The translations under genes were made by a program, and so were the position numbers. A stretch of 64,000 nucleotides of DNA from a virus. The notes beneath the pieces were generated by a model, which was not told where the DNA came from, searched no databases, and saw nothing but the letters and a program-made list of their open reading frames with translations. Where the stretch lies: the IMG/VR virus record IMGVR_UViG_3300027901_000001; one strand, given 5' to 3'. Positions 16,979-25,050 of this stretch are shown here, in pieces (positions within the stretch are counted from its first letter, which is position 1; the number at the start of each line of letters is the position of its first letter).

Positions 16979-17457
16979 AGTGCCCTCCGGCGCATCTCGG
17001 GGTCAACTGGTCGGGTCAGGGCTTCCAGAGGCGTCAGACCCAGTTTCAGGCGCTTGTAGACGGTGCTACGACCGAGCCCGCGCCGCGCCGCGTGCTCCAA
17101 AAATGTGGCCACCATTCCATTCAGTTTCACCTGACCTCGCTCGCCCGCCCGCGCCCGCGTACGACATCGATCGCTGCAATACTGCCGTCCCGGAACCGCA
17201 GGTCGCCCGCACAAGCCGCACGGATGGGTACCTTGCCGTTCCAGTCGCCGGGTCACCGGACCGCCTTCCAAAACCTCCTGGAAAATCAAAATCTCGACAT
17301 CCAGCTCCGAGTCAGCCTCCAGACGCTCAATCGCCCGTCCACGGCATTCCGCACAGTAAATAGCCCCCGGCTCGGCCGTCTCGCCGCATCCCAAGATGGC
17401 ACATCGCACCGGCTGGAAATATCGGGCAGTCGACTGCCTCCGGCGCGCCCCTAGCAT
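16969..17457 (-). CDS. zinc-finger / putative HTH protein
   Basis: CAILGC..CAEC, CGLC..CSDRC, GLGRSTVYKRL; ATG 6 nt after a -10 box. Confidence 0.65.
   Translation of the reverse strand: MLGARRRQSTARYFQPVRCAILGCGETAEPGAIYCAECRGRAIERLEADSELDVEILIFQEVLEGGPVTRRLERQGTHPCGLCGRPAVPGRQYCSDRCRTRARAGERGQVKLNGMVATFLEHAARRGLGRSTVYKRLKLGLTPLEALTRPVDPEMRRRALCR
17424..17439. repeat. dispersed palindrome copy 3
   Basis: G-GGCAGTCGACTGCC-T; core 17425-17438. Confidence 0.95.
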
Positions 17458-17463
17458 CCAGCT

Positions 17464-17491
17464 ATCTTATACGATAGCCAGCGTTGGTCAA
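17464..17491 (-). promoter_or_regulatory. sigma70-like promoter, leaderless
   Basis: TTGACC (17491-17486), 16 nt spacer, TAAGAT (17469-17464); GCTATC-N6-GATAGC inverted repeat over the -10. Confidence 0.6.
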
Positions 17492-18138
17492 GAGGTGGCC
17501 GCGTCCACCAATTTCCAGACCACCCCGATCATCTGGAGCAACGGCATCGCCATCAGCTTCTTCTGGTTCTCGGGCTTCAGCGCATCGTACACCTGAACCA
17601 CGTGGCTCGCAGTCCACAGGTCCACCATCTTGCCCTGAATCTTGCGCGCCGTCTTTTCCTTCACGATCTGGCGCATCTGGTCAATGACAGGCTTTTTCGC
17701 CCTACCCTCGTCCAGCTCTTCGGCCGCCCCGGTGAACAGCACGTCCAAGTCGACATTATCAGATTCTTGAGTGCCTCCTCCGGCCATAACGGAATACCGA
17801 TTACCCCGTCGGGAAATATACACCCCGATTCCTTTTCCAACGCCTCGGGAAACATCTCGCCTGTCTTGCAAATCCGATGGCCAAGCAACAGCAGGAGCCA
17901 AACCGTTTGCCTTCAGCACTCGATTTACCACCTGTACCACCTTCTTAAAGCTATCAAATTCGCGCATTTCATACTTACCAACTGTACGCCCCAAAAATGT
18001 CTGTTTCGGCTCACCGCCCCCAAAACCTGCCTTGCCGAAAGCCTTGTTCAATTTGGCTGTTTCAGCGGACTCTCCTTTCTCCTCCAACCCTCTGGCCTCG
18101 GAGCCCACCGCTTCCTGTAATGCGTTTGCAAATCCCAT
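17488..18138 (-). CDS. candidate internal head protein
   Basis: MGFANALQEA leader, LEE and LDE linkers. Confidence 0.6.
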   Translation of the reverse strand: MGFANALQEAVGSEARGLEEKGESAETAKLNKAFGKAGFGGGEPKQTFLGRTVGKYEMREFDSFKKVVQVVNRVLKANGLAPAVAWPSDLQDRRDVSRGVGKGIGVYISRRGNRYSVMAGGGTQESDNVDLDVLFTGAAEELDEGRAKKPVIDQMRQIVKEKTARKIQGKMVDLWTASHVVQVYDALKPENQKKLMAMPLLQMIGVVWKLVDAATS

Positions 18139-18153
18139 CCGTCGCTCCTTATC

Positions 18154-18792
18154 TCAAGGCACTTCCGATGCCGCCTCGCTGAACAGAGCGTTCAAATCGA
18201 CATCCGACGAATCGCTCTCATGTCGCCGGGAACCCGCGAAAAATCTGGTAACGCTTCCCTCCAAGGCAGCCTTCAATTGGGTCGCCTGAGAACGATTGAG
18301 AACACCGAGTGTAACCAGCTTCTTCACGTCCCACTTCTTCCACGCATTTTCGATATCGCTGGCCTTGTCCAGCATATCGTGGGCCTGATCCCGCAAATTG
18401 CGGACAGCAGAATCAATCAGAGAGGCAAAATATGCCGTTGATCCTTTGCCCCGTCCTGCCTCCTCCAAGCTACGGTTTCCCTCCCGTTCCCCGTCAGAGT
18501 CTTCACGTTTTCCGCGAGCCTTTCCGCTAAATGGCGGAGCATCGATCGGCATAACAATCGAACCCGGATTTTCGCGGGCTAACTGCGCGGCAGCGCTGGA
18601 GGTTTTTGCATAAAGGTAGTCGATTCGGTCACGAAGTTTGACCTCGACTTTGAAACGATACCCCTTCTCCTTCATCTTTTCGGCCTCGCGCTTGAACTCG
18701 GCCGCTGTCGAAGGAGTCTTCCCTTTCCCGGCTTCCTCCAGTCCCCCGGCCTCGAAGCCCACCGCTTCTGCCAGTGCGTTTGCCAGTCCCAT
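18154..18792 (-). CDS. candidate internal head protein
   Basis: MGLANALAEA leader, two LEE-AG linkers. Confidence 0.6.
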   Translation of the reverse strand: MGLANALAEAVGFEAGGLEEAGKGKTPSTAAEFKREAEKMKEKGYRFKVEVKLRDRIDYLYAKTSSAAAQLARENPGSIVMPIDAPPFSGKARGKREDSDGEREGNRSLEEAGRGKGSTAYFASLIDSAVRNLRDQAHDMLDKASDIENAWKKWDVKKLVTLGVLNRSQATQLKAALEGSVTRFFAGSRRHESDSSDVDLNALFSEAASEVP

Positions 18793-18795
18793 CGG

Positions 18796-19914
18796 TTACT
18801 CCTTTGCGCCAACCCTCCGCGCCTTGGACATCACGCTATAAATCACCTGGAGCACCTCGTAGATGCCCATTCCCTCCATGCGCTCCTGGTTGTCATCGTT
18901 CAGGCCGTCGTACATCTCGACCGCCACGTTCGCCGAAAACGGGTCTACCAACACGCCGTTGATCAGCTTCGGCTCACTGCTATCCGCCACGGCCCGCAGT
19001 TTCTCAATGGTATCGTCGCCTTCGGCCTCATCGGTCATCAGCTTCAGGCGATCGGCCGTGATACTCTCGCCAGCGATGTTGGGCAGCGCTGGATCGTGGC
19101 CAACAATCTGGATGGACGTAGCCATCTCGTAGTCGCCCGGCATCTTGCCGGTAACGAATGAAAACTGGCCGCTATGCGGGCTGTACTTGAGCACCGAGGT
19201 CCCGACCAGCGAGGTATGGCCCGTAGGGTTGCTGAGATTGCTCCGTGGAGCCACGTCGTGAGTATCTTGGGGAGTGGTCGCCCCGGACGGCACGGGGCTC
19301 TGTGGTGTCGGATAGCCCCCCGCAGGTCCGAAATCTCCGTACACCTGCTGACGAATGGCCTCGGGCTGAACCACGGCAGAATCGCCGGATTTGCCGATAA
19401 CACGGAACACGGTACCTCCCAGGTCGACGGCCATCCCCGGTTCGATCTTGCCCATCGCCGGAACGAAATCGCCGTAGCTCTGGAGGTCGGTAGAGCCCCC
19501 GAACGGGTCGGCCTGCTCACCCAGACTCTCGGTTGTGGTCCATTTCCCGCCGTAACTCGGCATTTCGCTCCGGTACCGGCCGCGACGACACACGTTCTCA
19601 ACGTGCTGGATCGATCGGTCGATAACTTCCCGCAGCTCCCGCAAGGCTGACAGCGGCGCGCCCTCGAATACCTCGAACACCTGTTTGCGGTCCTCACCGG
19701 TCTTCTTGCCCGCCCTGGTTGCATCCTGGTTGGCAATTCCGAATGCCGTCGACAGCGCATCCAGCTTCTTCTGAAGCAAGGTGGTGAGGTTGGTATGGGT
19801 CTTGAGCAGCTCCAGCGCCTCATCGACGGGCTCCTGGAGCTGCTCCGTCATCTGCTGGCCCGAAGGTTTCTTGCCCTCGTCCAGGATCGAACGGATTTCA
19901 TCTGAAAAAGCCAT
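18796..19914 (-). CDS. candidate internal head protein
   Basis: Start MAFSDEIRSILDEG after GGAGG; C-terminal domain homologous to that of 17488..18138. Confidence 0.6.
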   Translation of the reverse strand: MAFSDEIRSILDEGKKPSGQQMTEQLQEPVDEALELLKTHTNLTTLLQKKLDALSTAFGIANQDATRAGKKTGEDRKQVFEVFEGAPLSALRELREVIDRSIQHVENVCRRGRYRSEMPSYGGKWTTTESLGEQADPFGGSTDLQSYGDFVPAMGKIEPGMAVDLGGTVFRVIGKSGDSAVVQPEAIRQQVYGDFGPAGGYPTPQSPVPSGATTPQDTHDVAPRSNLSNPTGHTSLVGTSVLKYSPHSGQFSFVTGKMPGDYEMATSIQIVGHDPALPNIAGESITADRLKLMTDEAEGDDTIEKLRAVADSSEPKLINGVLVDPFSANVAVEMYDGLNDDNQERMEGMGIYEVLQVIYSVMSKARRVGAKE

Positions 19915-19931
19915 GACTCCTCCGTATGCTG

Positions 19932-22900
19932 TTAGGCGACCGCCTCCAGCCAGCCTTTGCCCTGAGAATACACCCCGTCGCCGATGATGGCGATATCTTC
20001 GTCCTCCCACATCTGCTCGAAATCGGGGTCCGAAGCCCACGGCAGCACGACGATATGCAAGCCATGTTCAACGCCCTCCTGCATCTTCATCAGCCGCCGG
20101 GTCACCTCATTCATGCGCCGCGTTACGCTGGCGATCATCTTGAAAAGCCCAACTGAAACCTGGTCCCGGAAGTCCAAATAGACCTGCACATAAGCCGACA
20201 ACCGATCCGTGAGCTTGTCGCCCGTGATGACCGACTTCTGGTTCAGCAGCTTCTCACCCTCCCGGATAGCGACCGACCCCAGCTCCGCGCTCTCCCGGAT
20301 CACGGAATTCATCCTGGCTGTAACCTGGAGCACCTCGCGCACCAGATTCGTAGCGGTGATCTCCCTGGTAGGCACAGACGGCCCCTTACGCTTCCCGGCG
20401 CGCCGGGTTGAGATTCTGGCCATCTTGGCCAGCCGCGTCATGGCGTTGCGGCCCTCTGCGAACGGCCCGTACAGCTTCTTGGTCTCCGCCTCGAAAGACC
20501 GAGCAGCGTTGCCCAGGGGCGACCGCTGCATGGCGCGCTCGACCCCCGCCGTCCGCCGGATCCGCTCGGTCTCCTGGGCCGCGTGCGCCAGCTCTTCGGC
20601 CACCTCCTCCAGGTGGTAGACGGACCGGACGAACTTCCTGGTCTGGTCCACCGATCGCTCCAGCTCGCGCCGCAACTCCTGGTTGTCACTCCGCAGCTCA
20701 CCCACGGCCGCAGTGGCCGGAGCACGCTCGGACAGCTCTCCCTCGGTGACGCCGTACCTCTTCAGCAGGTCGCCGATCTTCTTCCCGGTGGACTTCCTCT
20801 GGGACAGATCCAGAACCGTGCGCGCCCGGCCCTGGTAGTTGCTGATATCGACATCCCTGGCCAGGGCTGCCTCGCCCAGTCCCAGCAGCAGCGCCGCGAC
20901 CACGGCCGCCTTCCCGGCCTTACTGAGCACGCCCTCGTCCAGCCCCTCCAGCTCCTCCAGCACGGCCTCCAGATCGGCATCGGTGCAGGACAGCACCGAC
21001 AAGTCGAACCAGTCCTCCTCGATCGGCCCTTCCATCAAAGCCAGGTGCAGATCGTTGGCCATCGACGCCGCGAGCTTCATCCCCTTGCTGTCGTGCTGTT
21101 TCAGGAACTTGACGATGTGCTTGCCCACCGCGTCGACGGACCCCTTCATGGGCTTGAAGCCGATGTCCTTCTGGTTGCTGTAGTGGACGGTGACCTTCAC
21201 GTCGCCATCGGCGTCGCCGTCCTTCTTGAAGGGCGCGACCTTGAACTTCACCTGCTTCGGACAGTTGACGATCTCGCCGGTCTTGGAACCCTTCGGCACG
21301 TCCGAGTACTCGATGATGACCTGCGGCGTGATGTACTGCGGCCCGAACCGGCAGAAAAAGTGCTTTTTCTTGAGCTGGGGCAGCCCCTTGGTCACCGTCT
21401 GGCACAGCTCCAGGGCGTCGCTCCAGCGGGCCTCGATCAGCTCGATGCCCTCCGTCTTCTTGGGAGGCTCTAGTTTACCGGTATAGAAGTCGGCGTCCCA
21501 TCCATCGGTGTAGAGTTTCTTCAGCTTCTCGGCCTTCGTTTTACTCATAATGTAACCGCGTTCGCGGTTCGTCCACTTACCCTTGAGAGCATCCGCGAGT
21601 CGAGCTGCCCGCGTCTTGTAACCGGTAGCAGAAGGGGCTCTCACGAGCATCTTATTCTTGGCATACCTAGCGGGAGAAATCTGGGGAGGTGCCTCTTCAG
21701 CTCTCTCCCAGAACAACTCGGCCAACTCAATACCTTCGGCCAGCTTGTAGGACGCCGTGCGGCTCACCCGCTTGCGGCCGGGCGCGGCCTGCACCAGCTC
21801 CAGCGTGCCCTTCTTGACGAGCTTCTTGAAGAAGCCGGTCACTACCTGGGGGCTGAGCCCGAACGCATACCCCAGGTCCAGCACGGATATCGTGCGGCCC
21901 GGCTTCTCCTTCATAAACGCTACCAGCTCGGCCTCGGTCGGCAGCTTTCCCTTCTCCGCCTCGTCCAGCTCGGCCGCTTCTACGGCCAACACGAAGTCCC
22001 CATATCCGTGCTTGACTACCTTGCCGGACCTGTCGGCGTAACCGATATGCGTGAGCTTCCCATCCCGTCGCAGCTTGTGAATGAATTGCTGGGCCACGTG
22101 CCTGAAATGGTCCTCATCGGCCCCTCTTCCGAACGTAGGCTTGAACTTCTTGTAGTACTGATCCCTGACCACCATATAGATGGCGTGCTTGAGATCCCCT
22201 TCCGTCCACTGCTTCTTCTTTTTGACCACCCTCGTAATAGGAGCAATGGAGAAGTCCTTGATGGTCGGCTCGACAGGAGCATCATCTCCCGTCTGACGCC
22301 CTTCTTCTAGCTCGACCTCCTCACGCACCAGCTCGGACCGGCCCTTCTTCTCCATGTTCTTAATCAGCTCCTTGACGAGCTTGCCTTCCTTGTTGTCGTA
22401 CACCTGGTGCGACCGACCGCTCTGGCCCTTGAACTTCTTGCCGCGCATCCGATCAAACTCGATGCTCTTGCCGTTGCCTTCCAGAGAAAACTCGCCGAAG
22501 CCCATGTGCTTGAGCTTCATGCCCGGCATGGCATCGCCGATCGAATTCAGGAAGGCGGTGTCGGCGTGGTAACTCTTGCCGTCGTAGTAGTGCTTGCCCT
22601 TCTCGGTGAGCAGCTCCTCCTCGATGGCCTCCTCGAACAGATTGTCCAGGCCCATGAGGTCCTCTTCCTTCTTCCGGGGCTTCAGCTTCGCCGCGTACAG
22701 CTTCTCCAGCACGGGCATCACTTTCTCCCGGAAGTACCGACCGGGATTGGCCCGCGCCCGCTTCATCTCGTCACGCGGAATCCCGGCCCCGCGAAAGGCC
22801 ACCTTCGCCACCTTCAGAACCTTCTTGGCCCAGGTCCGGGTCATCTGGAATCGGCGCATCAGATCGGACTCGCTGACGTTGCCTTCCTTGCTGGACACGA

Positions 22901-23474
22901 AATCGGAGATGGCGATGATGTCGGCCGGGAGCGAGATGGACTCTTCCAGCTCAGCCTCAAACAGATCGTTGAGGTCCTCCGACTCGAAATAGACGGGCTT
23001 GTGCTGCAACCCCTTCCTCTTGAACCGAGGATCGTGCTCGATGTTGAGCGGCGCAACGGCATGGGGCTCGTCCCTGTCGCTCCACAAAACCTTCGGCCAC
23101 ATCTTGCCGCCCCCCATCTTCACGAAGCCTACTACCTTCCCGTTGATCGGACCTCCGGCCTGCATCCCGATGTTCCGCAGAAACTTCCCGGTGTACCGAA
23201 CAATATCCCCTTTCTTGAACTCCTTACCGGACCGGCTGCCTTCCTCCAGCGCCCCCGCGAGCTGCCCGGCCAAGCCTTCCTTCTGGTACTTTTTCTTCAG
23301 CTCGGGCTCCTTGTCGTTCGTGGTGCTACCGGTCGACTTGTAGTGCGGCTTCGCACCCTTTTTATACATGTCCCAGGCCAGAGCAAAAGCCTTCTCGGTT
23401 GGCATGTGCCTCTTCATGGCCTTCACGGTCCCGGACCAGCCGGGCGGCGCTTTTTCGGTCAACGGTATGGTCAT
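19932..23474 (-). CDS. 1180-aa modular protein (basic/wHTH-like modules joined by L-x-E linkers)
   Basis: ATGA-coupled start at 23474; about ten acidic linkers; winged-helix-like module at about 21745-21950. Confidence 0.7.
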   Translation of the reverse strand: MTIPLTEKAPPGWSGTVKAMKRHMPTEKAFALAWDMYKKGAKPHYKSTGSTTNDKEPELKKKYQKEGLAGQLAGALEEGSRSGKEFKKGDIVRYTGKFLRNIGMQAGGPINGKVVGFVKMGGGKMWPKVLWSDRDEPHAVAPLNIEHDPRFKRKGLQHKPVYFESEDLNDLFEAELEESISLPADIIAISDFVSSKEGNVSESDLMRRFQMTRTWAKKVLKVAKVAFRGAGIPRDEMKRARANPGRYFREKVMPVLEKLYAAKLKPRKKEEDLMGLDNLFEEAIEEELLTEKGKHYYDGKSYHADTAFLNSIGDAMPGMKLKHMGFGEFSLEGNGKSIEFDRMRGKKFKGQSGRSHQVYDNKEGKLVKELIKNMEKKGRSELVREEVELEEGRQTGDDAPVEPTIKDFSIAPITRVVKKKKQWTEGDLKHAIYMVVRDQYYKKFKPTFGRGADEDHFRHVAQQFIHKLRRDGKLTHIGYADRSGKVVKHGYGDFVLAVEAAELDEAEKGKLPTEAELVAFMKEKPGRTISVLDLGYAFGLSPQVVTGFFKKLVKKGTLELVQAAPGRKRVSRTASYKLAEGIELAELFWERAEEAPPQISPARYAKNKMLVRAPSATGYKTRAARLADALKGKWTNRERGYIMSKTKAEKLKKLYTDGWDADFYTGKLEPPKKTEGIELIEARWSDALELCQTVTKGLPQLKKKHFFCRFGPQYITPQVIIEYSDVPKGSKTGEIVNCPKQVKFKVAPFKKDGDADGDVKVTVHYSNQKDIGFKPMKGSVDAVGKHIVKFLKQHDSKGMKLAASMANDLHLALMEGPIEEDWFDLSVLSCTDADLEAVLEELEGLDEGVLSKAGKAAVVAALLLGLGEAALARDVDISNYQGRARTVLDLSQRKSTGKKIGDLLKRYGVTEGELSERAPATAAVGELRSDNQELRRELERSVDQTRKFVRSVYHLEEVAEELAHAAQETERIRRTAGVERAMQRSPLGNAARSFEAETKKLYGPFAEGRNAMTRLAKMARISTRRAGKRKGPSVPTREITATNLVREVLQVTARMNSVIRESAELGSVAIREGEKLLNQKSVITGDKLTDRLSAYVQVYLDFRDQVSVGLFKMIASVTRRMNEVTRRLMKMQEGVEHGLHIVVLPWASDPDFEQMWEDEDIAIIGDGVYSQGKGWLEAVA

Positions 23475-23980
23475 TGTTTCACCTGTTCGACGGCTTCCAC
23501 GATGGCTACCGTGATCACCGCGCCAAAAATCAAACCCGCCCCCAGACCGATCTGGCCAGAGTGCTTCTCCCACCAGGACCGGACGGCTTCCTTCTTCCAG
23601 TGTTTGATCTCCCCGTCCGCCGCCTCCAGATGCCGATCGTAGATTTCGCGCTCACGCCCCCACGTCTTTAGATCGATGACGTAGAGCTGGCGCAGCTCGT
23701 TGTAGGCCACCACGTACTTCCCGGCCAAGACCGCCTTCTCGACCGACATGCAGACGCCGGGATTCTTGACCAGCTCCGGCTCCTCCTCCCCCTCCTTTTC
23801 AAGGAGGTAGCCCGCACACGGAACAGTCCAGTCAGCCGCCGGGGGAATGGGCTCAACGTTCGGTCGCTCCGGCAGATCGGCGGCCACCAACGGCGAGGGA
23901 AGCGTCCGCGTCGGCTGCGCCGCCTTCGTCGAGGCACAACCCTGAAAAACCAACAAAAAAATGACGAGGGCAAACCGCAA
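23471..23980 (-). CDS. lipoprotein with C-terminal TM helix (spanin-like)
   Basis: GGAGG then TTG start, MRFALVIFLLVFQG-C lipobox, C-terminal GLGAGLIFGAVITVAIV. Confidence 0.6.
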   Translation of the reverse strand: MRFALVIFLLVFQGCASTKAAQPTRTLPSPLVAADLPERPNVEPIPPAADWTVPCAGYLLEKEGEEEPELVKNPGVCMSVEKAVLAGKYVVAYNELRQLYVIDLKTWGREREIYDRHLEAADGEIKHWKKEAVRSWWEKHSGQIGLGAGLIFGAVITVAIVEAVEQVKQ

Positions 23981-24062
23981 GGCCCACCTCCAGAAAGGCA
24001 GGCCCGCCAGGGGCAGAAGAAGAAGGCGTAGAATCAGACCCCTGGCGGGTTGAACCTTACGG

Positions 24063-24323
24063 TTACAGCTCGTTGGCCTCGTCAAGGATGTTGGTGTCGT
24101 TCGCGTCGACCGCGATGGACATGGTGATCTTGCCCTCCTGCTCCAACAGGTTCAGGCGCTTGAAGGCCGGATCACCCTTGGGCACATCGCCCTCCATCAG
24201 GTCTGCCATCGATACGCCACCGACAAAGGTGTCGGCCGCACCACCGTTAGGGTCCAGAGTGCGGTTGATCGGGAAACCGATAGGCAGCGGTGTCGCGAGC
24301 TGGTTCTGAACAGTGAGAATCAT
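24063..24323 (-). CDS. hypothetical (possibly virion) protein
   Basis: ORF track; GGAGG ribosome site. Confidence 0.7.
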   Translation of the reverse strand: MILTVQNQLATPLPIGFPINRTLDPNGGAADTFVGGVSMADLMEGDVPKGDPAFKRLNLLEQEGKITMSIAVDANDTNILDEANEL

Positions 24324-24412
24324 CGTTTCCTCCGTAGGGAACTATTCCGGGGACGTGCCCCGAGTGCACCCTCTGAAACTATCACAGAGGAGTCAGGGCA
24401 AGAAATTTTCGG

Positions 24413-24781
24413 TCACTTCTCCGCGAGCTTTTTCCCGTAGTTGGCCAGAACGTCCTTCACCGTACCAACCACGGAGGCGTACCCGATCATCGCGCCGATG
24501 CCCGCGCCTACATAGAAAATTACCGACCCCATCATCCCCTCGGTCGTCAGGGCCTCCGTTACCGGCATTCCGGGAATCAGCCCGATGAGCGCGCCCATCA
24601 CCAGCGAGTGGTTCTTGCAGGTAACCCGATATACGCCCTTCCAGCCCTTGAAACCCTCCTTGGGCCATTTGTCTTTCGGTCCCAGGATGAGCTTCTTACC
24701 AGTCTCGTGAACTGAACCAATTACGAGCAAGGCCACCCAAAAAGCCGGGTGAGTAAAATACGCAACTAGACCATCGAGCAT
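24413..24781 (-). CDS. multi-pass membrane protein (holin-like)
   Basis: About three hydrophobic segments, basic C-terminus; ATG at 24781. Confidence 0.55.
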   Translation of the reverse strand: MLDGLVAYFTHPAFWVALLVIGSVHETGKKLILGPKDKWPKEGFKGWKGVYRVTCKNHSLVMGALIGLIPGMPVTEALTTEGMMGSVIFYVGAGIGAMIGYASVVGTVKDVLANYGKKLAEK

Positions 24782-24794
24782 GGCTTCACTCCTT

Positions 24795-25046
24795 TCACTT
24801 TTCCGGATCAAACTGCCCCCACTCCTGCGGGGGATAGATGTAAAACCGCTGTCCAAGAATCTCCTTCTTCTTGGCGGCCAGCCTCTTTTTGGCCTCCTCT
24901 TCAGTCGGAAAATTCCCCACCAGATACAGCTCCTCACCCGGATCGTTATGTTCATCGACGCCGACCACGTTGTAGCCCTTGCCCGGCATCGGGGTCAGGC
25001 GCTTCTGAGCCTTGAGTGCCTGGAGCGGATCGGCCATCCCCCACAT
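24795..25046 (-). CDS. hypothetical protein
   Basis: ORF track; directly downstream of the RelA/SpoT fusion. Confidence 0.65.
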   Translation of the reverse strand: MWGMADPLQALKAQKRLTPMPGKGYNVVGVDEHNDPGEELYLVGNFPTEEEAKKRLAAKKKEILGQRFYIYPPQEWGQFDPEK

Positions 25047-25050
25047 CCTA

